DNA of 64,000 nucleotides from Sphyrna mokarran. Its lineage: Eukaryota. Below, in pieces: positions 49,812 through 61,965 of the stretch (the stretch's first letter is position 1; each line of letters starts with the position of its first letter). The notes under the pieces were generated by a model. The model was not told where the DNA came from. It was given only the letters and a program-made list of their open reading frames with translations, and did no database searches. The stretch spans positions 34,100,001 to 34,164,000 of the forward strand of contig JAGIQG010000021.1 in NCBI GenBank assembly GCA_024679065.1. Reading direction: 5' to 3'. The translations under genes were made by a program, and so were the position numbers.

Positions 49812-52342
49812 AGTACAATACCAGCAGCAGCTCCAACACCAGCAGCAGCGCCAACACCAGCAGCAGTGCCAATACCAGCAGCAGCTCCAATACCAGCAGC
49901 TCCACCAGCAGCAGCTCCAACACCAGCAGCTGCAATACCAGATGCTCCAACACCACCAGATGCTCCAACACCAGCAATAGCTCCAACACCAGCAATAGCT
50001 CCAACACCAGCACCTCCAACACCAGCAACAGCTCCAACACCAGCAGCAACTCCAACACCAGCTGCTCCAACACCAGCAGCAGCCCCAACACCAGCTGCTC
50101 CAACACCAGCAGCAGCCCAACACAGCAGCTCCAACACCAGCAGCTCCAACACCAGCAGCTCTAATACCAAAGGCAACTCCAACACCAGCAGCAACTCCAG
50201 CACCAGCTGCTCCAACATCAGCAGTAGCTCCAACACCAGCAGCTCCAACATCAGCAGCAGCTCCAACACTAGCAGTTCCAACAACACAAGCAGCTGCTCC
50301 AACACAAGCAGCGGTTCCAACATCAGCAAATCCAACACCAGCAGCTCCAACATCACCAGCAGCTCCAGCATCAGCAGCAGCTCCTGCACCAGCAACTCCA
50401 ACACAGCAGTTGTAACACCTGCAGCAGTCCCAACACTAGCAGCAGCTCCAACTGCAGCAGCAGCTCTAACTGCAGCAGCGCCAACACTAGCAGTAGCTCC
50501 AACACCAGCAGCTCCAACATCAGCAGCAGCTCCACCACCAGCAGCTACAAAATCAGTAGCAGCTCCAATATCAGCAGTTCCAACAACACCAGCCACAGCT
50601 CCAATACAAGCAGTGGTTCCAACACCAGTTGTTCCAACACCAGCAGCAGCTCCAACACCAGCAGCTCTAACACTGGCAGCAGCTCCAACACCAGCAGCTC
50701 CAACAACATCAGCAGCAGCTCCAACACCAGCAGCGGCACCAACACCAGCAGCTCCAACACCAACAGCAGCTCCAGCACCAGCAGCAGCGCCAACACCAGC
50801 AGCAGCTCCACCAGCAGCAGCTCCAACACCAGCAGCTGCAACACCAGCAGCAGCTCCAACACCAGCAGCAGCTCCAACATCAGCAGCAGCTCCATCACCA
50901 GCAGCTGCAACACCAGATGCTCCAACACCACCAGCAACTCCAACACCAGAGGCTCCAACATCAGCAGCAGCTCCAACACCAGCAACAGCTCCAACACCAG
51001 CAGCAACTCCAACACCAGCTGCTCCAACACCAGCAGCAGCCCCAACACCAGCAGCTCCAACACCAGCAGCAACTCCAACACTAGCAGCAACTCCAACACC
51101 AGCTGCTTCAACATCAACACCAGCTCCAACACCAGCAGCTCCAACATCAGCAGCAGCTCCAACACCAGCAGTTCCAACAACACAAGCAGCTGCTCCAACA
51201 CAAGCAGCGGTTCCAACATCAGCAAATCCAACACCAGCAGCTCCAACATCAGCAGCAGCTCCAACACCAGCAGTTCCAACAACACAAGCAGCTGCTCCAA
51301 CACAAGCAGCGGTTCCAACATCAGCAAATCCAACACCAGCAGCTCCAACATCACCAGCTCCAGCATCAGCAGCAGCTCCTGCACCAGCAACTCCAACACC
51401 AGCAGTTGTAACACATGCAGCAGTCCCAACACCTGCAGTAGCTCCAATAGCAGTAGCTGCAACACCAGATGCTCCAACACCACCAGCAGCTCCAACATCA
51501 GCAGCAGCTCCAACACCAGCAGCTCCAACATCAGCAGCAGCTCCAATATCAGCAGTTCCAACAACACCAGCCACAGCTCCAATACAAGCAGTGGTTCCAG
51601 CACCAGTTGTTCCAACACCAGCAGCAGCTCCAACACCAGCAGCTCCAACACCAGCAGCTCCAACACCAGCAGCTCCAGAACTAGCAGCAGCTCCAACACC
51701 AGCAGTTCCAACAACATCAGCAGCAGCTCCAACACAAGCAGTGGTTCCAACATCAGATGCTCCAACACCAGCAGCTCCAACACCAGCAGCAGTTCCAACA
51801 GCAGCGGTTCAAACACCAACAGCAGCAACACCTGCAACAGTTCCAACACTAGCAGCAGCTCCAACATCAGCAGCAGCTCCAACAGCAGCAGCACCAACAC
51901 CAGCAGCTGCTCCAATACCAGCAGCTCTCCAATACCAGCAGCGCCAACACCAGCAGCTATAAAATCATCAGCTCCAACACCAGCTGCTCCAACACCAGCA
52001 GCTCCAGCACCACCAGCAGTGCCTGCACCAGCAGCTCTAACACCAGCAGCAGCTCCAACAACAGCAGTTCCAACACCAACAGCTGCAACACCTCCAGCAG
52101 TTCCAACATCAGCATCAACTCCAACACCAGCAGCAGCTCCAACATCAACAGCAGTTCCAATAGTAGCAGCTCCAACGTCAACAGCAGTTCCAACACCAGC
52201 AGCAGCTTAAACACCAGCAGCTGCTCGAACACCAACTGCTCCAACACCAGCAGCTCCATCATCAGCAGCTGCTCCAAAGCCAGCAGCTCCATCAGGAGCA
52301 GCACAGCTATAGCACAGCTACACAACACCAGCAGCAACAGCC
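49812..52342. repeat. 2.5-kb minisatellite of 15/18-bp units (CAGCAGCTCCAACAC / CAGCAGCAGCTCCAACAC) with higher-order duplications
   Basis: Directly visible; produces long low-complexity ORFs in several frames on both strands. Confidence 0.95.
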
Positions 52343-52384
52343 AATTCTTGACAGGCGAACTGGTTGAGCATAGAACTCCAGCTT

Positions 52385-52930
52385 TCAGGAGGTGAGCCTT
52401 CTAACACAGACTTTTCAGAGGATTAACTTCCGGGACATGACCAGCTGCTGCGAAACACATGGCTTAGGCTTTCCTATTTGGTAATCTCAAGTATTTGCAA
52501 CCTCTAGAATAAGACTTCTTGCCAAATGTATTGGGGTGGGCACATATGCTAGTGGTGTCACAGTCACTTCACCTCTTAATCTTCCTGCCTCTGATTCCTT
52601 CCTGGGATCTTCTGGTGGATATTTGCAAAATACTGCAATCTGCTGCTCACGGATGACTAATGACATGATTGTCAGGACTGGGGACTAGCTGCATTTCTCA
52701 GCCAGGTAGATCAAGCTGTCTCCCATCTGGGGGTGAAGGTGACCCAAATCAGCCCAGTGTCTTTTTTAACAGGAAAGGATTCCACTTCCATCAATGTTCA
52801 GCTCATTTGTAATCACGGAAAGATCATCACGACTGTAGGTGAACGATCCTTTGGGAGCTGTGATGCTTTCATCCCCCCAGCATCAGTCATGCCTCCCCGA
52901 GATAACACACTTCTAAACAGACTTAGTGAA
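52385..52930 (+). pseudogene. PIF/Harbinger transposase remnant (HARBI1-like DDE)
   Basis: FNRKGFH/SINVQLICNH...GSC.DAFI at 52765-52875 (one frameshift); upstream SF.GSSG.DICKI.QSAAH-like segment at about 52585-52650. Confidence 0.7.
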
Positions 52931-52937
52931 TGCAGAA

Positions 52938-53162
52938 GGTGTAGCTCAGTTGGCTGGACAGCTGGTGCAGGATGAAAAGGGATGCCAACAGCATTGGTTC
53001 AATTCCTGTACCAACTGAGGTCATTTATGAAGACCCCACCTTTGTAACCTTGCCCCTTGCCTGAGCTATCGTGATCCTCAGGTTAGATCACCACTAGTCA
53101 GCTCTCCCCCTCAAAGGGGACAGTAGCCTATGGCTACCTGGGACTATGCAGACTTTACCTTA
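52938..53162 (+). mobile_element. tRNA-derived SINE, unnamed family
   Basis: gtagctcagttgg A-box, ggttcaattcc B-box, gactttacctt end. Confidence 0.6.
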
Positions 53163-53254
53163 TTATCTGTGATTAGTGGGGCTATGAAAGGATTTGTAAA
53201 ATAAGTGCATTTATTTAGTGCTTTACATGATGTCAGGATGTCATGATATCATGA

Positions 53255-53513
53255 TACCAGGGACATAGGTTCGATTCCCCACTTGGCCCACTGTCTGTGT
53301 GAGGTTGCACATTCTCCCTGTGTCTGTGTGGGTTTCCTCCAGTTTCCTCCCACAGTCCAAAGATGTGCGGGTTAGGTGGATTGGCTATGCTAAATTGCCC
53401 CTTAGTGTCAGGGGGGCTAGCTAGGGTAAATGCATGGGATTATGGGGATAGGGCCTGGGTGGGATTGTGGTCGATGGGCTGAATGGCTTCCTTCTGCACT
53501 GTAGGATTCTATG
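53255..53513 (+). mobile_element. HE1-like V-SINE with a CR1 tail, nested in a minus-strand Deu-SINE (about 53200-53890)
   Basis: ggttcgattccc, V-domain, gaatggcttccttctgcactgtaggattctatg. Confidence 0.8.
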
Positions 53514-54502
53514 AATGTGCCCAAGCACATGGCCAATGAAGGACTTCTGAAGTCACCTTACATTGTAAGGAAACACGGCAGCCAACATGCGCACGGTCAG
53601 AGTTCACAAACAGCAAATGAAATAATGAACCGATCTATACCTGGCCACTTTGGTGGAGGGATAAATATTGACACTGGGAGATTGCTCCTGCTCTTTCTTA
53701 ATGCGATGAGATTTTTACATTCATCTAGAAGGTGCAGCAGTTTAACATGTCACCCAGAAGTCAGCATTTCCAACAGTGTGGCAATGCTTTGGTTCCGCAC
53801 TGAGGATTAAGTGCACAACTCCCCAGAGTGGGGCTTGATTGTGTGACCTTTTGGCTCTGAGACAAGAGTGCTAGCGCTGAGCCAATTAATGTCGACACCT
53901 GGCACAAAAGCCAAGATTATCCACACTGCGGTCTAATAATGAATGTGTTTCACAGAAAACATCGCATATACAAGGAGTTTGCTTTCAATTATAACACTGA
54001 GCTCTGTTCCCCACTCCCACTACCCCCCACGATCGCCTCTCCCCCAAAAGAAAAGGTTTCCAATGGAGAATTGCTGCAGCTGGAACCAGAATAAGGCTTG
54101 CCCACAGTCGAAGACAGTCAGGACAAGAATACTAGTACACTTTTTCAGCTTGTGCTTTTTTTTTGGCAAAGGTTGTCGAATTTGGTGACGTGCATGCAAA
54201 TTGCCCCGCAGAAAATAACGACATTATGATGTGATGAATGCGCCATTCACTTGTGGCCAAAAAGGGAGCACATTGTGTAAGCTGGAGCACATATCCAAAG
54301 AAACCCAATTATTTGGTCCCCGAATGAACACTCAGTATGATCAGATTTCAGAAATAAGCTCTCTCGATTGAAACTGAAGTGTTGATCTGCTGAAATACAA
54401 AAAAAAGTTGAAAGATCTCCAGGGTGCAGCAAAAGGCTGAATTCTCACCAAAATCCTGCACTGAGAGAAATATTGATGACAGCGAATAAACATAATTTGT
54501 AG

Positions 54503-54668
54503 ACAGCACGGTGGCACAGTGGCTAGCAGTGTTACCTCACAGCACCAGAGACCTGAAGTGAATTCCCGGCTTGGGTCACTGTCTGTGCAGAGTTTGCATG
54601 TTCTCCTCGTGTCTTCGTGGGTTTCCCTGGGCTGCTCCGGTTTCCTCTCACAGTCCAAAAGATGTGCT
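54503..54668 (+). mobile_element. V-SINE 5' part
   Basis: cagcacggtggcacagtgg head and V-domain. Confidence 0.8.
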
Positions 54669-54721
54669 CCCTCATTCAATGATCCATTTACCCACAGAAC
54701 ACTATTGATATTGATATACAA

Positions 54722-54885
54722 CCATGTAGAGTTGCCGGATTTGGACTGAGGTAGGCACCATAACTGGTCTTACAACACCAAGTTAAATTCCAACAGGTTT
54801 ATTTGGTAGCACGAGTTTTCAGAGTGTTGTTCCTTCATCAGGTGAGTTACCAAATAAACCTGTTGGATTTTAACCTGGTGTTGTG
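54722..54885 (-). mobile_element. Fold-back Penelope-like pLTR (family A) with a hammerhead in the loop
   Basis: Arms 54773-54808 and 54848-54883; minus strand reads cac-CTGATGA-aggaacaacactct-GAAA-ac-TC-gtg at 54844-54810. Confidence 0.75.
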
Positions 54886-55052
54886 TGGGCAAGTGAGGGA
54901 AGTTGGAGAGACAATAAAATTTTATCTGGCATTTTGGAATCTATAGACAATCAATGTTGTTGAAATAAATACCACCTGTCCAACATTGCTCAATGTTTCT
55001 CAATTTTATGATCAAAATGAAAAACTCCTTGAAAGCTATTAAGATTATTAGT

Positions 55053-55660
55053 ACATAAGAACATACAAACTAGGAGCAGGAGGAGGCAGTTCACCCTTCC
55101 TGATCTTGTTATGACTTCAAGTCCATTTTCCTACCCATTCTCCATAACCCTTCAACCCATTACTAATTAAAAATCTGTCTACCTCCTCCTTAATTTTACT
55201 CAGTGTCCTGGTATCCACCGTACTCTGAAGTGATGAATTCCACAGATTCATGACCCTTTGAGAGAAACCATTTCTCCTCATCTCTGTCCTAAATCTGCTG
55301 CCTGTTATCCTAAAACCATGACCTCTTGTTCCAAAATTTCCCCACAAGAGGAAACATCCTCTCTGCGTCAACACTGTCAATTTCCTTTAGTATCTTACAT
55401 ACCTTATTTAGATCTCATGTCATTCTTTTAAACTCTATGGGGCGAATTTTCCCATTCTGCCAGCCACGGGAATCGTAGTGGGCAAGGAGCGGATCATGGA
55501 AAGATCCGTTGATCTCTGGTGAGATTTTCCTATTTTGGGGCAAGGGTGGAAAATCCCGTCCTATAGAATATAGGCCCAACTGCTCAATCTCTGTTTATAA
55601 AACAAACCCCTCACTCTGGATTCAATCTACTGAGTCTTCTCTGAGCTGCCTTCAAGGCAA
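55053..55660 (-). mobile_element. CR1 3' region interrupted by a MITE
   Basis: TRGHGFRI...FRTEMRRNGFSQRVMNLWNS. Confidence 0.8.
55439..55561. mobile_element. Harbinger-type MITE
   Basis: GGGGCGAATTTTCC...GGAAAATCCCGTCC termini with a 3-bp TSD TAT/TAT. Confidence 0.65.
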
Positions 55661-56467
55661 CTACATATTAATAATTTTTTCTGTCAAACTTGAGCTGTTT
55701 ATAACTACAAATGTATTAGACAGGAACAATGCAGACAACAAAAGTAGCCAAGAATCCATATACCGACTGGGATATTATTGTCTATTTGAGGTGATACTAC
55801 AGTCTGCTACCATTCAGCACAGCATTCTTACCAAATTAAACTCAATGTAGTCTATCCTGCAGGCCGTACAAACTTCAACATTCCCATGGAATTTCTAACT
55901 TGTACTTCGAAACACTTAAGTAGAACAAGTTTTGTGACAAAGATCTACTTTCTTAAAAATAATAATTGTAGGATAGGCACTACTTTTCCTCATTTGTGTA
56001 AGGTGAAAGAAAAACATCAAAATAAGCAGAAGCAGTTGGAAGAATAATAACCTCTTCATCTTCTCTGAATACAACGGGGAACCTAAATTTCAGGGACTTG
56101 ATTACCTCCGCCACTGAAGGTGGGCCGAAGAAATGTTTTCACTTCTGTTAGCCTGTTTGACAGTAAACAATATATTTCAAAAACAAGTGGATGGAGTTTA
56201 ACAAGGCTCAGCACACAGATGGGATATGGCCTAAGGAAAAACTGATTGGTTTGTGGCAAAGACGTGGATCTGGATCCAGATTCAGATTGTGATCCTTTCA
56301 ACCTCCTGTCCTCACCTCTGCAGGCCACAATTGCATGTAAATTTTTAAAAGTCCATTCTCGCTCCATGGACACCGATATCAACTCATTGCTTTGAACCCT
56401 TTTTCAATGTGCCATCAGTTTCACTTAACTCACACACTCATATTATTTCCCTGTCTAAATTTGAACA

Positions 56468-56782
56468 GCCAGGTGGCACATTGCTGCCAGGGTTATGGGT
56501 TTGATTCCAGCCTTGGTTGATTGTCTGTGTGGAGTCTGTACATTCTCCCTGTGTTTGTTGTAGGTTTCCTCCGGGTGCTCCGGTTTCCTCCCAAAGATGT
56601 GGAGATAAGGTTGATTGGCCATGCTAAACTGCCCCTTAGTATCCCATGATGTGTAGGTTTGGGGGATTAATGAGTTAAGTATGAAAGTGACAAGGACAGG
56701 ACCTGGGTAAGATGTTCTGTTACAGAGTCTGTACAAACTTAATAGGCCAAATGGCCTCCTTCTGCACTGTAAGGTTCTATGA
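56468..56782 (+). mobile_element. HE1-like V-SINE with a CR1 tail
   Basis: V-domain and atggcctccttctgcactgtaaggttctatg. Confidence 0.8.
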
Positions 56783-57360
56783 AATTGCTATTAAAGAGGC
56801 AAATGTATAAAGCAGACAGATATTGATTAATGTACAAGAAATTCAGACACAAAGTTCACCTACCAATTGCCATTCCGATTTTCCTAAGGTTTTATATCTG
56901 CTTTATTTTAATGCACAATTTCTTTCATATTGTACAATCCACATTTTCATTTTCTCTTACCTGAAAGACAGACAATAAGTCTGATTTTAAATACAGGATA
57001 GGTTTTATTTTTCTTATCTATCACATGTTTTACGGTAATGAGGTATTAATATTTACACTGGAGTTATGAGTCAATTTGGAAATGAGCTGATGATTCCAGG
57101 GATGGGAGGATACAGCATACTCCAGATGGTCCAATAAACAGAATTAAATGATTATTATTTCAGATTCTGATCAGGGATATTGGTTTTATCCCTCTGACCC
57201 TTCTTATTCCATCTGAGTTGCTGTTTCTCCTTTTTAATTAGTGCAAAGCCTCTTCAATCGCAAATTATGTCTTCTTTCCTTCCTACTCCACGTAATCCAT
57301 CCAGTTGAAAATGTATTAGAAGGTACACATGACAGTTTCAGAGTAATGCCCCTCTAAAGA

Positions 57361-57665
57361 GGGTGGCATGGTGGCACAGTGGTTGAACTGCTGTGTCACA
57401 GGGTTAGGGACCCAGTTCGATTCCAGCTTGCGTCGCTGCCTGTGCAGAGTCTGCATGTTCTCCCCATGTCTGCATGGGTTGACCCCGGATATTCCGGTTT
57501 CCTCCCATAGTCCGAAAGATGTGCTGCTTAGGTGCAGTACCCATGCTAAACTCTCCCTCAGTGTGCCTGAACAGACGCTGGAGTGTGGCAACTGGGGATT
57601 TTCACAGTAACTTCATTGCAGTATTAATGTGAGCCCATTTGTGACACTAATAAATTAACTTTTTA
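57361..57665 (+). mobile_element. V-SINE
   Basis: tRNA-like head, V-domain, gtgacactaataaa tail. Confidence 0.85.
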
Positions 57666-57927
57666 AATCAGCAAAATTTATCTGATTTCTGCCGGATAGC
57701 TCTCAATGTGATCAGAAATTCTCACTGAGAACAGAAATCTGTGTCTTCTTTGTTGTCAAGTTGCTAGATGTGTGAGGTTCTAATGGCTCATTGAGGATTA
57801 CCAGAGACCTGACTGAACCAGATGAACAAGTAGGTATTTTCTCAACCAATCAGTTTGACGGACTGTGACAATAATGTCACAGAGACCAAGAAAGAGATGT
57901 AACTTGGAATTAGTGAATGCGGTGTCA

Positions 57928-58132
57928 AATCATAGAATTCATATAGTGCAGAAAGAGGCCATTCAGCCCATCAAGCCTACACTGACAATGATCCCACACA
58001 GGCCCTATATCTGAAGAGTATTTACCCTTCTAACCTAATCCGCACATCTTTGGACTGTGGGAGAAAACCAGAGCACCCGGAGGAAACCAATGCAGGCAGG
58101 AGGAGAACGTGCAAACCCCACCTAGACAGTCA
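57928..58132 (-). mobile_element. HE1-like V-SINE fragment
   Basis: catagaattc..agtgcagaaagaggccattcagccc tail and V-domain. Confidence 0.75.
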
Positions 58133-58527
58133 GAAAGATCCAAAAAGAGAAAGAGACAGAGATTGGATTAGGAAAGAATAAAAGACAGAAAGGCAAAAAA
58201 CAAATGTTAATTTTAAATCTGGCATTCTTAAAACTTCTTGACACTAATTAAAACCTGAAGCATGATACTCCACACTTTTGAAAATAATTAATTTTCAGCA
58301 AGAGAGACGTTGATCGGCATTTATTAACATGGTCATATCATTAAAAGAGTTCTTAGATTAGAACGAACAATACTTACCTTTCTGTGGTAGTTCAGGTTAT
58401 TTCTCCCAAGCAACCACAACAACTTCATACCATTCATTGTGTTTCAGTGATGTGGCAGGCAATGAGATGCTATTTTCATGAAGCCAGCCGTATTGCAGAA
58501 TACTTGGGGCAGTGACATTTGAATATT

Positions 58528-58822
58528 TAAGTTGACTTATTAGTCACAAGTAAGCTTACATTAACACCACAATGAAACTACTGTGAAAAAGCCCTAGTTG
58601 CCACACTCCAGCACCTGTTAGAGTACACTGAGGGAGAATTTAGCATGGCCAAAGTGCCTAACCAGCACGTCATTAGAACTGTGGGAGGAAACTGGAGCAC
58701 CTGGAGGAAACCTACGCAGACAAAGGGACAATGTGCAGACTCCAGACAGACAGTAACCCATGTCGGGAATCAAATCTGGGTCCCTGGCCCCTGTGAGGCA
58801 GCAGTGTTAACCACTGTGTCAC
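58528..58822 (-). mobile_element. V-SINE
   Basis: V-domain and tgtgaggcagcagtgttaaccactg head. Confidence 0.85.
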
Positions 58823-60014
58823 TGACCACTGGCTGAAGTTGCAGTATTCTTTGTACATAAACAACATCACACACATCCTTTGATTTTCTACGTTTGGGTA
58901 AACGATTTGCATGGGTGTTTGGGGTAGCTTTTATGTAAATGTGCACTTGGTGCCGGGCTTGGAGCATTGAGGAGAGTATATCGACGAATCTGGTTCGAAG
59001 TCAGCACGCTCCACTTGATCTTTATTAACTGTTAGTTTGTTAAATCTGTCTTGCAGCCCTTACACTGAAATAAAATCAGTGAAATATAGTAACTTATACA
59101 CTGGCATCATTTACACGTAGGAGTTAATGGTAATATTTAAGCTTGAGCATTAATCTCCAGACTCCATCATATTAAATGAATTGCTTAGTCACGCAAACCT
59201 TCGAAAGAGTCAAGTGATTCTGCTTCCAAGCCGTAAAGGGCTCCTTCTAACTCATAAAATTTATCCATTTTTATTGTCCAATTGCAGTCACATTCTGAAG
59301 GAGACATGCCTAATTGAAGACTGATCGTGCAGTAGACTGGCTGTTCCTCTTGTTGATGCTTTGCATTCCAACAGAACTCCTTGGGAGCAACATCAGTCAG
59401 CAAGATGGCACTAATCCCAGTTAGACTCCTGCACTCCTGAAATTTAATTTCATATGTTGGTCCAGTGTGTCTTTTAAAAATGTGTGTCACAATTTGTTTT
59501 GCTTTCAAGTTCTTTCGTTCAAATCGTTTAAGATTTGTTACACATCCTTACCACATTCTAGAACAGACCATTGCATTGTCTGAACGAAAGGTAGATGTTA
59601 TTGTTTGAAAACAGATGAAGGTGTGAGGTAATAGAAAAGACCCAAGGGGCAGTGAGAATAGTTTCATATTACTCAAACAGAACCAGCAGACTCAACGGGA
59701 CACATAGCTCCCCTACGTGCTACAAATGACCACAATTCTAACATCTTAAACATGGGGCAAATTTACTAAACCGGGATTATTTTAAAGTTGGTGTGATTAC
59801 ACTGATTCAAAAATCCTACAATTCAATAATACAAATGAACAGAACAGTTCAGGAGTATTTTTTTTCTTAAACGAACTAAAAATCAAATTGACATTTTTTA
59901 TCTCTATTTGTTCTTGAGTTATGAGCACAGAAGTATTTATTGCCCATCCTAAGTCGCCCTTGGAACATTCAGAGCCAATAACATGGTGCAGAACTGGGGC
60001 CAAGTCTCAGTTAG

Positions 60015-60722
60015 ACTGAAACACAAAGAGAAAATGCTGGCAAATGTCAACGATTCCAACAGCATCTGTGGAGAGAGAATAGAAGCAACATTTTGAGATC
60101 GAACGACCTTCATGATTTGTTTGGATTTGATTTATTATTGTCACTGTATAAGTATATAGTGAAAAGTATTGTTTCTTGCCTGCTATACAAATGTACATCG
60201 AGAAAGAGAGAGTGCAGAATGTAGTGTTACAGTCATTGCGAGGGCGTAAAGAAAGATCAACTTAATATATGGTTTACAAAGTTTAAAAAAGTTAGAATTT
60301 TGAAAGCATAGAACAAGAATAAAAGGTAGAAATAAAGGTGTGCTGGACACAGCTTGCAAGAAATAGCCAGCGCCATCTTATTTCAATGGATTAGTAATCA
60401 GGGTCATCTGGAGTTGAAACATTGGGTGGAATTTTATTGGCATAACCATCCGAGTTCCATATAATCCCGCCCTAGGGCCAGTGGAGAATGCTGGTCTCCA
60501 AACCTCGCCTGCCCCAGAATCAGGGCGGGTGCGCTTGTAAAATTCCAGCCATTGGTTCTATTCTGTCTCCACAGATGCTGCCAGAGCCGCAGAGATTTTT
60601 CAGTTTATTTTTTGTTTAGACTCACAGTAACTTCACTGAAATGTTAATGTGAGCCTACTCGTGACACTAATAAATAAATTTTAAACCTTAAAAGATTCCA
60701 GCATCTGCAGTATTTTGTCTTT
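60015..60722. mobile_element. Inverted pair of family-B Penelope-like pLTRs with a nested Rex1 tail (60113-60275), MITE (60424-60550) and SINE tail (60622-60692)
   Basis: cagcatctgtggagagagaatagaa at about 60060 is inverted against ttctattctgtctccacagatgctg at about 60556; MITE TIRs gggtggaattttat/gtaaaattccagcc with TSD ATT. Confidence 0.6.
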
Positions 60723-61965
60723 GTCTTCAATCAGACTGAGCCCTCTTTCTAAAGCTGGCTAGATTCACACACCAGTGTCTGGTATCTTTTTTGTGGTCAC
60801 TTTTAACCACAAAAGGTGAGCGGAATTCAGTATCACAATTCACCTCAAGGTTTGGCATGGTTCAGTGGTGGCATTTGAACCCACACCCTCTGGGTTGCTG
60901 CTGGGCCATAACAATACAGGCCACTGTACCCTCCCGTCATTGAAATGAAATCTTGTCAATTAATAGCAGTCTCTGTGCTACGTATTCTGGTCGCTGCTTC
61001 AACTTTTCCCCTGTCAGAATTGCAGCCAAGCTGGCATCAGTTCCAACAGATTTCACAATGTTAGATCCACTTCTTTTTTGAGACTTCACAACTTTTTTTT
61101 TAAAAAGGTAAAAGTTCTGCTTGCTCCTTTCAAAATGACTTTTAAAACCTCAACACGAGGGTGACTGACAGAAGTGTGGATTGCGTTGCCAGTCTGTGTT
61201 GGAGGAGTGACGCTGAGGGATCTACTTTCCCGGCTGAGAAAGTGCGGTAAAACGGTCAGGAAATCAGTACTCCCTCACTTCATATGTTGCAACCACAGGG
61301 AACCGGACCGTGAGCTGTTACCGTAACACTGACGGGAAGATCTGAACTGTCACAGAGAGACCAAGTTTTGCTCTGATATCCTTTCTCTCCCAACGGCACT
61401 GGATGGGGACAACCACAAATGTTTGGCAAGTCAAAGACAGTTTCACATTTCAGCGTTGAAATAATAACATTTGTCAGACCCAAAACCAGAACAGGGCATT
61501 TGACTCATTCTGCCGCGGCTCAGTGGAAAAAGGACAGTGGGAAACAAAAGGTCAAGAGCTGTTGAATTCGTCTGATGTGAGGTTATTTTTGTTCTTGTTT
61601 TAGTCGCAGTTCGGGCTCTACACAGTACGGTATGTGCTAGATTCCAGCACACTTCCTCAAACAGAGAGAGAGAAGAAAAAGCTTTCACTCCGGAGAGGTG
61701 GGTGAAAATGGGCTGGTGGCTGAACAAGTTGAAGCAGCCCGCGGTTCTCATCAGCTGCCAGCGGCCAGGCGAAGCCCAACCAGCTAAGCAGGGAGTCCGG
61801 AGTGGGGTAGGCAGTAACATCCCAGGAGTGGAGTCCTGACAAAGAGTCTCAAACCAAGTCCGGATCTCTGGGTGGGGATTTTCAAACACCCCCCCCACCC
61901 CACCCACTCTCTCTCTCCCCCGGGGAGAGTGGGGCTAGAGAACCCCCCGGGGAGGGGGGAAAAGG

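Noticed and set aside
49777-52337. Long Leu/Val/Glu, Gly/Ala/Val, Cys/Trp and Ser/Asn ORFs on both strands
   Set aside because: They are by-products of a triplet-periodic minisatellite; open frames in most registers argue against any one being a real gene
49812-52342. CRISPR-like array
   Set aside because: Vertebrate DNA; tandem degenerate units without unique spacers
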